37,750 bases of DNA from Nanobdellota archaeon. Its GTDB lineage: Archaea; Nanobdellota; Nanobdellia; Woesearchaeales; JBBSVZ01. Position 1 is the first letter of the stretch. Each line of letters begins with the position of its first letter. The DNA lies in assembly GCA_038046545.1 (NCBI GenBank), contig JBBSVZ010000103.1, positions 1 through 37,750 of the forward strand, written 5' to 3'. The position numbers were made by a program, and so were the translations under genes. Below the pieces are notes generated by a model. The model searched no databases, was not told the origin of the DNA, and worked only from the letters and a program-made list of their open reading frames with translations. This document shows, piece after piece, positions 14,771 through 23,972 of the stretch.

Positions 14771-15532
14771 ATGCAGCCACAACCACAGCCACACCAACTA
14801 ATGGGTTATGACAGAGCGATAACAATGTTCAGCCCAGATGGCAGGCTCTTACAAGTCGAATACGCAAAAAAAACAGTCAAGCAAGGAAGCACAGCAATAG
14901 GCATTGTTGCAAAAAATGGAGTTGTTTTAGTAACTGACAAAAGAATAGTCGACAAGCTCGTAGTCGCAGAAACTGTTGAAAAAATATTCCAGGTAGACGA
15001 CCACATCGGAGCCACAGCATCAGGAATCCTAAGCGATGCAAGAGTATTAGTAGAAAGAGCACAATTAAGAGCACAGCAGCACAAAGTAACTTTCGACAGT
15101 CCAGTTGACATCCTCAGCATAGTCAAAGACATTTGCAACTTAAAACAAATAACAACGCAAAGCGGCGGATTAAGGCCGTTTGGAGTTTCGCTTTTGATCG
15201 CAGGTATCGACCAGACAGGACCAAAACTTTTCGAAACTGACCCAACAGGAATTTTCTTCCAGTACAAAGCAACAGTAATCGGCGAGGGAGAAACAGAAAT
15301 CGAAGACATGCTCCATAAGACATACAAAGATGACTTAACTGTAGATGAAGCAATCAAGCTCGGAATAAAACACTTGTCAGATTTCCTCAACAAGGACTTC
15401 AGCATCGAGAGAATTGACTGCGCCTACATCAAGCAGCCAGAATGCATATTCACCAGAATGTCGAGAAAGAAGATAGATGCGGTTTACGAGGAAGTAAAGA
15501 AAGGAGACGCCTCGGTGCCAAAGAAAAAATGA
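14771..15532 (+). CDS. psmA: proteasome subunit alpha
   Basis: GYDRAITMFSPDGRLLQVEYA signature. The ATG at 14771 is preceded by GAGGAGG. Confidence 0.95.
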   Translation: MQPQPQPHQLMGYDRAITMFSPDGRLLQVEYAKKTVKQGSTAIGIVAKNGVVLVTDKRIVDKLVVAETVEKIFQVDDHIGATASGILSDARVLVERAQLRAQQHKVTFDSPVDILSIVKDICNLKQITTQSGGLRPFGVSLLIAGIDQTGPKLFETDPTGIFFQYKATVIGEGETEIEDMLHKTYKDDLTVDEAIKLGIKHLSDFLNKDFSIERIDCAYIKQPECIFTRMSRKKIDAVYEEVKKGDASVPKKK

Positions 15533-16260
15533 GCAGCGGAAAACCAGCATTCAATGCAGGCCACGAGAGACTGCACCTAAACTTAGCCAAGCTAAAAAGC
15601 CATGGCCACAAGTTCGAGATAGTCGTGCATCCAGATCAAGCTATAGCATTCAAGCAAGGTGCAGCGATAGACATCAAAGATATTCTATACGCTGAAAAAA
15701 TATTTTTTGACGCACAGAAAGGGTTGGTTGCAGGCGAAACCGAACTGATGGCCGCGCTCGGAACAAAAGACACACTAAAAGCGGCAGCAGAAATAATCAA
15801 GAACGGAGAAATTCAGCTAACTGCAGAATACCGTGATAAATTAAGAGAGGAAAAGTACAATAAAATTGTTTACTTGATTCGCAGAAATGCTATCGATCCA
15901 AGAACTTCCCTTCCCCACCCGGAGCAAAGGATAAGGCTGGCGATGGATGAAGCAAAAGTCAAAATTGATGAATTCAGAAACGCGGACGACCAGGTACAGG
16001 ATGTCGTCAAGGAAATAAGGACAGTTCTTCCGTTGAAATTCGAGATAATTGAATTAGAAGTTATTATTTCGCCACAGTACGCTCCAAAGTCATTTCATGC
16101 ACTGAAAAGCTTTGGCAAAATACTCAAAGAAACGTGGCAGAACGATGGCTCTCTCAAATGCCATGTTGAAATGCCCGCAGGGCTCCAGCAAGAATTCTAC
16201 GACGCAATAAACAAAGTAACTCATGGCTCAGTGCAAAGCAAAGTGGTGGGTTCAAGATGA
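15529..16260 (+). CDS. sdo1: SBDS-family ribosome maturation protein
   Basis: KSHGHKFEIVVHPDQAIAFKQG plus length and operon position. The start overlaps the psmA stop (ATGA). Confidence 0.9.
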   Translation: MSSGKPAFNAGHERLHLNLAKLKSHGHKFEIVVHPDQAIAFKQGAAIDIKDILYAEKIFFDAQKGLVAGETELMAALGTKDTLKAAAEIIKNGEIQLTAEYRDKLREEKYNKIVYLIRRNAIDPRTSLPHPEQRIRLAMDEAKVKIDEFRNADDQVQDVVKEIRTVLPLKFEIIELEVIISPQYAPKSFHALKSFGKILKETWQNDGSLKCHVEMPAGLQQEFYDAINKVTHGSVQSKVVGSR

Positions 16261-16436
16261 TTGACGAAAGAAGGCCATTGCTAGAAGCTATCGAGCTTCA
16301 CGAGCTATTCATGAATCTTGATTTTACGCCGCAAACAATGTTTGAATGGCTTCTTGTTGAGCCAGAAGTCAGGCCTGAACAGTTTAAGGCATCATTGGAC
16401 GTTCATATAGACAATAAAAGACAGAGGATAATGTAA
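16257..16436 (+). CDS. unassigned 59-aa ORF embedded between SBDS and Rrp4
   Basis: Below the ORF-track cutoff. It overlaps the SBDS stop by ATGA and ends 2 nt before the rrp4 ATG, filling an otherwise unexplained 178 nt gap in a tightly packed operon. The sequence is MIDERRPLLEAIELHELFMNLDFTPQTMFEWLLVEPEVRPEQFKASLDVHIDNKRQRIM. Confidence 0.45.
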   Translation: MIDERRPLLEAIELHELFMNLDFTPQTMFEWLLVEPEVRPEQFKASLDVHIDNKRQRIM

Positions 16437-16438
16437 AA

Positions 16439-17152
16439 ATGGGAAACCTACTAGTACAAGACAAAAGTGTAGTTGTTCCAGGAGAAGCCATAGCAGAAGG
16501 AATGGATTTTCTGCCGGCATCAGGAACATTTAGAGAAGGAGAAAAAATAATAGCATCAAAGCTCGGCCTAATTAATGTAGATGGCCGCGTTGTAAGGCTG
16601 ATTCCATTAGCGGGAAAGTATTTGCCTAAGAGTGGCGATACAATTATTGGCAAAGTGAGTGACGTAACTTTTTCCGGCTGGAGGCTGGAAATAAATTCAG
16701 CTTATACAGCAATGCTCGGATTAAAAGACGCGACATCCTCGTTCATCATGAGAGGGGCAGACTTAACTAAGTTTTTTACTTTTGGGGATTTCATTGTAGC
16801 CAAGATAATCAACGTGACCTCACAAAACTTGGTTGACCTCACGCTGAAAGGTCCGGGATTAAGAAAGCTCAGTGAAGGTAGGATGATTTACGTGAGCCCG
16901 CACAAAGTTCCAAGAATAATCGGAAAGCAGGGATCAATGGTAATGATGCTAAAGGAATCCACAGGCTGCAACATAGTTGTCGGCCAGAATGGAGTGATAT
17001 GGCTTTCGGGAAAGCCAGAGGATGAAATAAAAGCGGTTTCAGCTATCAGAAAAATAGAGGCTGAATCGCACATGTCCGGATTAACCGAGAGAATTAAGAC
17101 GCACCTCGGAAACGGAAATACGGGTGAAAACAATGACATTCAACAGGCCTGA
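16439..17152 (+). CDS. rrp4: exosome complex RNA-binding protein Rrp4 (S1 + KH)
   Basis: S1-like (GDTIIGKVSDV) and KH (RIIGKQGSMVMMLKESTGCNIVVGQNG) segments, in the conserved operon position. Confidence 0.9.
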   Translation: MGNLLVQDKSVVVPGEAIAEGMDFLPASGTFREGEKIIASKLGLINVDGRVVRLIPLAGKYLPKSGDTIIGKVSDVTFSGWRLEINSAYTAMLGLKDATSSFIMRGADLTKFFTFGDFIVAKIINVTSQNLVDLTLKGPGLRKLSEGRMIYVSPHKVPRIIGKQGSMVMMLKESTGCNIVVGQNGVIWLSGKPEDEIKAVSAIRKIEAESHMSGLTERIKTHLGNGNTGENNDIQQA

Positions 17153-17846
17153 TGGAAGAGAATTCGACGAGATGAGACCAATAGAGGCAAAAGCAGGAAT
17201 AATCGCCAGAGCAGATGGCTCAGGATACTTCAAGATAGGAGACACGATCGCTCTCGCAGCTGTGTACGGTCCAAGAGACCTTTACCCAAAATTCATGCAG
17301 GACCCGACTAAAGGAGTTCTAAGAGTGAAGTACAACATGATGCCCTTCTCAGGCTCAGGCGATAGAGTAAGGCCTGGAGCATCAAGAAGAAGCAGGGAAA
17401 TCTCATTCGTAACAGAAAGGGCATTGCTCTCAGCAGTAAATCTTGAGGACTTCCCAAACGCAGTAGTTGACGTTTTCATTGAACTCCCCCAGACTGACGC
17501 AGGAACAAGATGCGCAGGGATATGCGCAGCTTCAATTGCACTTGCCGACGCTGGAATATCCATGAAAGACATGGTTGCAGCAGTAAGCTGCGGAAAAGTT
17601 GGAGACACGCTTTTGGTTGACTTAAGTTACGCCGAGGAAGCAGTCGAGGACCTTCCGGTAGCGGACATGCCAGTATCGTTCCTGCCAAGATCAGGAAAAG
17701 CAGTCCTGCTGCAGATGGACGGTCAAATCACAAAAGATGAAATTCTTCGGGCTCTGGAAATGGGCAAGGAAGCATGTGAAAAGATTTACGATATACAAAA
17801 AAATGCATTGAAAGAAAAATTCTTGAAAGGTGAACAGGATGCTTAA
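17133..17846 (+). CDS. rrp41: exosome complex exonuclease Rrp41 (RNase PH fold)
   Basis: RPDGREFDEMRPI, GSGYFKIGDT and TDAGTR motifs. The ATG at 17133 lies inside the rrp4 3-prime end. Confidence 0.9.
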   Translation: MTFNRPDGREFDEMRPIEAKAGIIARADGSGYFKIGDTIALAAVYGPRDLYPKFMQDPTKGVLRVKYNMMPFSGSGDRVRPGASRRSREISFVTERALLSAVNLEDFPNAVVDVFIELPQTDAGTRCAGICAASIALADAGISMKDMVAAVSCGKVGDTLLVDLSYAEEAVEDLPVADMPVSFLPRSGKAVLLQMDGQITKDEILRALEMGKEACEKIYDIQKNALKEKFLKGEQDA

Positions 17847-18621
17847 TAGAGAACTAAAAAAGCACGTTTTGAATGCGCTTCAACAGGGGCTTCGTTATGA
17901 CAACCGAGGCATGGACGAATACAGGGAAATAACAGTCGAAATGGGAATCTCAAAAAACGCTGAAGGCTCAGCGCGAGTCAAGATCGGCGGAACAGAAGTT
18001 CTTGCAGGAGTCAAGATGGCAGTTGAAAAGCCATACCCTGACAGGCCAAATGACGGAATGCTAATGGTGAATGTTGAGCTAACACCTCTGTCCTCACCGG
18101 ACTTTGAGTCAGGCCCACCAAGGGATGACGCAATAGAGATTGCAAGAGTTACCGACAGGGGAATAAGAGAATCAAAGGCAATCGACCTTACAAAACTAAA
18201 TTTAGTCCCTGGCGAAAAATCGTGGTCTGTAATGATAGACCTAGTCTCAATTAACGATGAGGGCAATTTGCTTGATGCATCTGCGCTAGCGGCAATGGCT
18301 GCAATAATCAACACGCGAATGCCAGGATTAACTGACAAGCAAACAGTTGACTACAAGACCCACACCAATAACAAGCTTCCATTGAACGATTTTCCTGTCG
18401 CAATAACCGTTTTTAGGATAGGCGACAAGCTAATTGTTGACCCATTGCTTGATGAAATTGAAGCGATGGATGCAAGGCTAACAATAACATCGATGGAAGA
18501 TGGCACTATTTGCGCAATGCAAAAAGGCGGCGAAGGATCGTTTTCCCTCGAACAAATTGAAGAGATGCTAAACATTGCGCAGCGAAAGGCAGCTGAACTG
18601 CGCAGCAAGGTGAAACGATGA
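17839..18621 (+). CDS. rrp42: exosome complex component Rrp42
   Basis: RYDNRGMDEYREI and GSARVKIGGTEVLAGVK are RNase PH-like and non-catalytic. The start overlaps the rrp41 stop. Confidence 0.9.
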   Translation: MLNRELKKHVLNALQQGLRYDNRGMDEYREITVEMGISKNAEGSARVKIGGTEVLAGVKMAVEKPYPDRPNDGMLMVNVELTPLSSPDFESGPPRDDAIEIARVTDRGIRESKAIDLTKLNLVPGEKSWSVMIDLVSINDEGNLLDASALAAMAAIINTRMPGLTDKQTVDYKTHTNNKLPLNDFPVAITVFRIGDKLIVDPLLDEIEAMDARLTITSMEDGTICAMQKGGEGSFSLEQIEEMLNIAQRKAAELRSKVKR

Positions 18622-18812
18622 GCTACACAAAATACGAGAAAGCAAGACTGATAGGCTCAAGAGCTTTGCAGATTTCAATGGGAGCGCCATTCATGGTCAA
18701 GTTGAACGATGATGACCTCAAGCGCATCGGCTACAATCCCGTCGAAATCGCCAAGATAGAATACGAGAAAGGCGCACTGCCAATCACAATTGTAAGGGCG
18801 AAGAAAGCTTAG
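18618..18812 (+). CDS. rpoK: DNA-directed RNA polymerase subunit K (Rpo6)
   Basis: TKYEKARLIGSRALQISMGAP signature. ATGA overlap with rrp42. Confidence 0.9.
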   Translation: MSYTKYEKARLIGSRALQISMGAPFMVKLNDDDLKRIGYNPVEIAKIEYEKGALPITIVRAKKA

Positions 18813-18827
18813 TATTAACTTGCCCGT

Positions 18828-19202
18828 TTAAGGATATATTGGGCTCAGAATGTAATCAAAAGTGGCTGAAATGTATTCTATAGGTTCATGTGTTGGATAA
18901 AGAGGAATTGAAGAAATACCTAATACATCGACATCATCATCTCGAGTCAAAAAGAAAACTCGGCCTTTAGAATAGGCGCGGAATCTAACTTCTTCTCTTA
19001 CAAGACCCTCAATGTAGGCCTTGCCCTCATTTTCATCTACGACTGCCTTTTCCAATTCAGATGCAGCTTCATCAGAGGTGCGGAAATTAATTCTTTGCCC
19101 TCGCTGTGTTGATAAATATGAGATAACGACTGTATCAAGATTAACCATTCCCAAATTGTATTTACTTAAGCTTCCCTGCAAACCTTCTAAAAGTGTTGTC
19201 AT
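18828..19202 (-). CDS. hypothetical protein (124 aa)
   Basis: The ORF is convergent with rpoK. I recognise no motifs. Confidence 0.45.
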   Translation of the reverse strand: MTTLLEGLQGSLSKYNLGMVNLDTVVISYLSTQRGQRINFRTSDEAASELEKAVVDENEGKAYIEGLVREEVRFRAYSKGRVFFLTRDDDVDVLGISSIPLYPTHEPIEYISATFDYILSPIYP

Positions 19203-19371
19203 ATTGCAATTTTAGTTATTTGATTTATATATTTTTGTCATGTTAGTTATAAAGCAGGTTTTGAAATAGCTATTTACTTCTTGATTTATTATTTCTTTTT
19301 GTCGTTGGAAATCGTTAGTTTTATATATTTACACATATTATACATATCTACACATAATTGGAGGTAAAAAC

Positions 19372-19596
19372 ATGACAACTATGACTTTAGCAGTTCCATC
19401 TGAACTGAAGCACAAAATGGAAACCTTTCCAGAAATGAATTGGTCCGAGGTAGCCAGACAAGCATTTATGCAAAGAATAAGGGATTTGGAGTTTTTAAGA
19501 AAATTTAAGTCCGCCAGTACTCTGACTGAGGAAGATGCATTAAGATTAGGAAGAGAACTAAACAAAAATCTGGCTAAAAGATACAAAAAGACTTAA
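19372..19596 (+). CDS. antitoxin-like small protein paired with a PIN gene
   Basis: 74 aa with the MTLAVPSELKHKMETFPEMNWSEVARQAF pattern common to archaeal PIN-associated antitoxins. It ends 2 nt before the PIN gene. Confidence 0.6.
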   Translation: MTTMTLAVPSELKHKMETFPEMNWSEVARQAFMQRIRDLEFLRKFKSASTLTEEDALRLGRELNKNLAKRYKKT

Positions 19597-19598
19597 TC

Positions 19599-19997
19599 AT
19601 GGATTTAGTTGTAGATTCAAATATCCTTTTTGCAGCTTTGCTAAAAGAGAGCGGAACATCGGACATTCTGTTTAAACATAAACTCTATGCACCTGAATTT
19701 ATTTTTGAGGAATTCAGAAAATATAGGGACTATCTGAAAGGAAAGACCAAACGGAATGATGAAAATTTTAACGAATTTTTTGATTTGTTTGAGCGGAATG
19801 TTATGCTAATCCCAAGAGAAGAAATTGAGTCTTTCCTTGAAAATGCTGAAAAGATTTCTCCTGACGCAAAAGATGTTCCATATTTGGCTCTTGCTCTGAA
19901 GTTGAGATGTAGCCTATGGAGCAATGATAGGGATTTGAAAGAAAAACAAGATGTGGTAAAAGTTTATTCTACTGAAGAATTGATTAAGATGGACTGA
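19599..19997 (+). CDS. PIN-domain nuclease toxin
   Basis: MDLVVDSNILFAALL (first acidic residue), the later PDAKDVPYLALAL segment, and WSNDRDL. Confidence 0.8.
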   Translation: MDLVVDSNILFAALLKESGTSDILFKHKLYAPEFIFEEFRKYRDYLKGKTKRNDENFNEFFDLFERNVMLIPREEIESFLENAEKISPDAKDVPYLALALKLRCSLWSNDRDLKEKQDVVKVYSTEELIKMD

Positions 19998-20211
19998 TAT
20001 TTTGTGGTTTTTCTAAACTATACGTTGCCAACGCTTGAATGATTTTCTATCCGATGAAATTCGGAACTTTAATCATTCCCTTGCCAGTATACCCGTCACT
20101 TAACGGACATATTTAACATCCGCCGGTGACCAATACGCTATTAACTGGTATCGGTTCACTAACGCTCTGGTTTGGCAATCTTATTAAAGCAAACTTAATT
20201 TTCCCCTTTCT

Positions 20212-20814
20212 ATGAAAGAATCAGGTGCAGAAGCAAGAATTCACACAGAAAAAAACTCTGTCATAAAGCACAGGCCGAAGAAATCTTATAGAATTGAAGC
20301 AATCGATAAAAATATCCGCGGATTTAGAACCAGAAGAGAAACAAAAATTCTCGAGACATTATTTGCAAAAGGATTTCCAGTACCGGAGGTCTTTTCCTCG
20401 TCGGACAAAACTATGATAATCAGGATGGAATTGCTGAAGGGAAAAAAAGTCAGAGATGCAATAAACAGCAAGAACTGCAGCAAACTCGGTGAAGAAATTG
20501 GAAGAAAAATAGCAAGACTCCATTCGGAAGGAATAATCCACGGAGACCTGACAACATCAAACATGATTTTGACAGACGAAGTTTACTTCATTGATTTCGG
20601 ATTAAGTTTTTTTTCAACAAAAGCAGAAGATAGGGCAGTTGACTTGCATTTGATGAAAGAAACTGCAGCAGGAACACATCCCTTATTATCCAATAAATTC
20701 TTCAGCGCAATAGTTAAGGGCTACAAAGAGTCTTTTCCTGACGCAAATTCAGTCTTGGAAAGAATGAAAGCAGTCGAAGAGCGCGGAAGAAACAAGAAGA
20801 AAATGAGCTCTTAG
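20212..20814 (+). CDS. bud32: Bud32/PRPK-type atypical kinase (KEOPS subunit), stand-alone
   Basis: GAEA glycine loop, KHRPKKSYR, RTRRETKIL, catalytic IIHGDLTTSNMIL, and YFIDFGLS. Confidence 0.85.
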   Translation: MKESGAEARIHTEKNSVIKHRPKKSYRIEAIDKNIRGFRTRRETKILETLFAKGFPVPEVFSSSDKTMIIRMELLKGKKVRDAINSKNCSKLGEEIGRKIARLHSEGIIHGDLTTSNMILTDEVYFIDFGLSFFSTKAEDRAVDLHLMKETAAGTHPLLSNKFFSAIVKGYKESFPDANSVLERMKAVEERGRNKKKMSS

Positions 20815-21293
20815 ATTGTAATTGGCTTTTCCCTCTCTTCGAAAACAACAGTCGTTGAGCTGGAAGCAATTCCCGTCAGTCCTCGCAAAAACTTAATTGA
20901 GAATTGATTCATTTCTTCAACGTCTTTTACCCTGACTTCAATAAACAAATCAATATCACCGGCCATGAGATTAACTCGCTCAACTGCAGGATTTTTCAGA
21001 AGCTGTTCAAGTAATTTTTCATGGCCGCCTGGTCCCAGGTTTTGATGATCGACTTTTACTGAGATAAACGCTTTCAAGCTACGTTCAACTGCTTTGTTAT
21101 TGAGTTTTATGGTGTATCCTGCAATTGTTTTGATTGCTTCAAGTTTTTTTATCCTATGATGGACAGTTGTTATGGGAATTCCAGTTTTGCGAGAAAGCTT
21201 TTGTGTAGAAAGCTTGCTATCTTGCAATAATGCATTTATTATCTTAATATCGGTATTATCTAATTTACTCATAAACTGGAATAATTGTTCCAT
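20811..21293 (-). CDS. Lrp/AsnC family transcriptional regulator
   Basis: HTH (LSTQKLSRKTGIPITTVHHRIKKLE) plus a C-terminal RAM/ACT-like domain. Confidence 0.85.
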   Translation of the reverse strand: MEQLFQFMSKLDNTDIKIINALLQDSKLSTQKLSRKTGIPITTVHHRIKKLEAIKTIAGYTIKLNNKAVERSLKAFISVKVDHQNLGPGGHEKLLEQLLKNPAVERVNLMAGDIDLFIEVRVKDVEEMNQFSIKFLRGLTGIASSSTTVVFEEREKPITI

Positions 21294-21378
21294 TATTTAT
21301 ATATTTTATGCCTATTTTAGTATATTTATTCAATAAAATTGGAATAAAATTGATATTGACTTGCCCCATCCTAGATGC

Positions 21379-21702
21379 ATGGCTTACCGAAGAATTGCTT
21401 CATTTGATGGACCAGATGAGGTTGGAAAAGTTTCAGTATTTTTGGGGGAATGTAAAGACCGATTTAATCAGCTCCTCAATTACACATTATCTTTGAGAGT
21501 ACAAAGCTTCGGGCTGGAAAATCAATACAATAGTGATTACTTTGAATGCGATATTTCGCAATCATGCAGCCCAAAAAAAATTATTGATTTAGTGGCACAA
21601 GAGGCACAATACTGGAACGCTGAGCAAACTGACCCTGACGAGGTCATGATTTTTTTGGACAGCTTAGAAAGTAGATTAATTCCGGCCGGTGAAAGGCAGT
21701 GA
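21379..21702 (+). CDS. hypothetical protein (107 aa from ATG 21379)
   Basis: The ORF is divergent from the Lrp gene and upstream of the dehydrogenase. I recognise no motifs. Confidence 0.4.
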   Translation: MAYRRIASFDGPDEVGKVSVFLGECKDRFNQLLNYTLSLRVQSFGLENQYNSDYFECDISQSCSPKKIIDLVAQEAQYWNAEQTDPDEVMIFLDSLESRLIPAGERQ

Positions 21703-21748
21703 CAAAGCTTATAATCGAAATTAAAATACCAAACAAGGGAGAAAAATC

Positions 21749-23020
21749 ATGGTAGAGCTAGCAGTTATTGGTGGGGGAACAATGGGCATGTATACAGCAC
21801 GAGCCCTATCTCCTCACGTTGATAAGGTTTCGATTTTTGATAATCATCCACTTAGCATGCTGGATGAGCCAAAGAATTTTCAATTTGATGGAATATACAA
21901 TAATGCTCTCAAAAGTGCGGATTTCGTACTTTACTGCGTTCCTACTGATAAAGTATCAGAAGTCATGGCACAAACTTTGCCTTTTGTAAAAAATGGTGCA
22001 ATAGTCGGAGGACAAACTAGCCGAAAGGCACCTGAGAAACAGGCATTTGATGAATTTGTGCAAGCCAATCCTGATAGAAGGCTTCAGTATTTTTCAATCC
22101 ATACGATGTGCAATCCACAAGTTGCAAATCCTGCAACTTCAAGATTGGCCCTGATAAGAGACGGGACATCTGATGGAGCTTTTGAAACTGCATTTGGTTT
22201 GTACTCAAATCTTCCAGGCATAATAAGCGAATTTGAATCCATAAAAGAGCACGATCGGAGAGTTGCAAATACTCAAGTAAATACTTCAAGAACCATGCTA
22301 TCGATTGCCAGTTCTTTTGAAGAGGCGAGATGCTTTCCGTGGTTAAATGGAACTTACGGAAGCGGGATTGATGCAATGAAATTTGCATTAGCCATGAGAG
22401 CTGCAAGCTTCGAGCCTCATGTTTACAAAGGAATTCAATTTGGAAATCCTGAAGGAAGAGAAATTGTAAGACATTCTATGGAAGTTGAAAGCGAACTCTT
22501 CGGATTAATTGTAGGAGGTAGAGAAAATTTGTACGTTGATAGAGTACTTGATGCAGCAGAAAAAATCTTCAAAGAAAAAGGAAATCCAATTCTTTCTGCG
22601 CAAACTGTGGATTCATTTTCCAAAGGACGAAAAATGCCAAATTCGCATCTTTCTTTGGTAAGCTACTTAGTAACTGAAGCTGAAGCTGGCAGAGATTTAT
22701 TTGGAGATATCAAAGCTACAACTGCTATGCATACAGGTTTGATTTGTTTAGTTGATTTTCTTTTCAACACAACCGAATTAGGCCATGCAATTCGCGCGCC
22801 ATTTTACATGCCAGATGTAAGGGAAGATGACCTTGTATTTCACAATAACTTTCAAGCTTGGTCAAATGCAATTGTGTTTGAATCAGGTGAGCTCTACGAC
22901 CACCGGCATTCGAAAATGAGAGCTGGATTGCAGAATAGGCTGATAAAAGATGAAGTTGAAAGAAGCAAAGAAGTTGTAAAAGTTTGCCAGGATGCATTAG
23001 AGCAAAGACTCGCAACTTAG
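21749..23020 (+). CDS. NAD(P)-binding dehydrogenase, prephenate dehydrogenase (TyrA/TYR1)-like
   Basis: N-terminal VIGGGTMG Rossmann loop. SIHTMCNP resembles the TyrA HPMFGP segment, and EHDRRVANTQVNTS resembles the TyrA EHD..tA..sh.. segment. The long C-terminal helical region is as in fungal-type TYR1. The assignment comes from motifs read by eye. Confidence 0.55.
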   Translation: MVELAVIGGGTMGMYTARALSPHVDKVSIFDNHPLSMLDEPKNFQFDGIYNNALKSADFVLYCVPTDKVSEVMAQTLPFVKNGAIVGGQTSRKAPEKQAFDEFVQANPDRRLQYFSIHTMCNPQVANPATSRLALIRDGTSDGAFETAFGLYSNLPGIISEFESIKEHDRRVANTQVNTSRTMLSIASSFEEARCFPWLNGTYGSGIDAMKFALAMRAASFEPHVYKGIQFGNPEGREIVRHSMEVESELFGLIVGGRENLYVDRVLDAAEKIFKEKGNPILSAQTVDSFSKGRKMPNSHLSLVSYLVTEAEAGRDLFGDIKATTAMHTGLICLVDFLFNTTELGHAIRAPFYMPDVREDDLVFHNNFQAWSNAIVFESGELYDHRHSKMRAGLQNRLIKDEVERSKEVVKVCQDALEQRLAT

Positions 23021-23799
23021 CCAATATAATTTGTATCCTGAGGGGTCATCGAGTCCTTGAATTTCCTGTACTTGCCTTGCTTTGGCTCTTCGCCGGACTG
23101 GACATCTTTTTCGATTTCGCTTATTTCCTTGTTGAGCTGCTCGATGCTCACTCCAAGTGACAGGCTTTTATTGAGCGCTTCGATGATTGCTTTGCTGCCC
23201 CGCATTCCCAGATACATTGGGTGGCCGAATGTTTCTGCCAGAAAACAGACAGCAGGAATATTTTTCTTCTTTGAAAGCCCTAACAGCAACCCAGATGTTC
23301 CAATTATTGGGCCCACAACACCATATAGCTTAGTGTTAGCGCCAGTGGACTTGCCGTACTTGGTAATAAGTTCTTTATCATTTCCAGTCATATAAACTTT
23401 CGGATCTCTTGGAACTTGAGGAAGGCCGATTCCTCCAAGTGTTATTATTTCTGAGCAGCCATACTGTTTCATCAGTCCTAAAGCAGCTTCTGCGAATTGA
23501 TACGAGGCTTCTTCATCAGTAGGCTGGACATCGCCACCTAGGAGAAGTATGTCCCGAGTTTTTTGCTTAACTAAATAAAGAGTGATGTTAGGAAGCTCCA
23601 CAAGATTTTCTTCAGTGACAAATACTGAGTGGGGAAATGATTGAGAAAAAAATTCAACATAAGGTTTCGCGTCTAATTTGTCAATTAAATAATCAACTGC
23701 GACTTTTCCAACATTTCCGATTCCAGGAAGGCCGACAATTAGGACTGGCTTTTTCAGAACCTCTTTCTTTTTTGAAACGGGTGTTATGGTCCAGCTCAT
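23017..23799 (-). CDS. PAC2-family (proteasome assembly chaperone-like) protein
   Basis: KKPVLIVGLPGIGNVGKVAVDYLIDKL signature. It holds the conserved position after nop10. Confidence 0.8.
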   Translation of the reverse strand: MSWTITPVSKKKEVLKKPVLIVGLPGIGNVGKVAVDYLIDKLDAKPYVEFFSQSFPHSVFVTEENLVELPNITLYLVKQKTRDILLLGGDVQPTDEEASYQFAEAALGLMKQYGCSEIITLGGIGLPQVPRDPKVYMTGNDKELITKYGKSTGANTKLYGVVGPIIGTSGLLLGLSKKKNIPAVCFLAETFGHPMYLGMRGSKAIIEALNKSLSLGVSIEQLNKEISEIEKDVQSGEEPKQGKYRKFKDSMTPQDTNYIG

Positions 23800-23972
23800 A
23801 TCAATCCCTCTGCCTTAAGCTGCTCTCTCTTGGCGTCTCTTCTATACTGGCCGTAAGGGTCTTCGATGCTGAATCGCTGCGGCTTCGGAGTAACGGTTGG
23901 CTGTGTACATTTCGGACACAGGCTTTTAAGAGTATAAGATTTGCATGAAAGGCAATAAAGTAATTTTTTCAT
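23796..23972 (-). CDS. nop10: H/ACA RNP protein Nop10 (58 aa)
   Basis: Below the ORF-track cutoff. The sequence is MKKLLYCLSCKSYTLKSLCPKCTQPTVTPKPQRFSIEDPYGQYRRDAKRE. ATGA overlaps occur at both ends. Confidence 0.85.
   Translation of the reverse strand: MKKLLYCLSCKSYTLKSLCPKCTQPTVTPKPQRFSIEDPYGQYRRDAKREQLKAEGLI

Noticed and set aside
14806-15405. Long antisense ORFs inside psmA (14806-15405), Rrp42 (17895-18338), the S-layer gene (27545-27877, 29237-29506), glmM (35740-36090), HAD (36263-36631) and others in the track
   Set aside because: They are embedded opposite strongly supported conserved genes and have low-complexity Ser/Leu/Cys-rich translations with no motifs. They are shadow ORFs.
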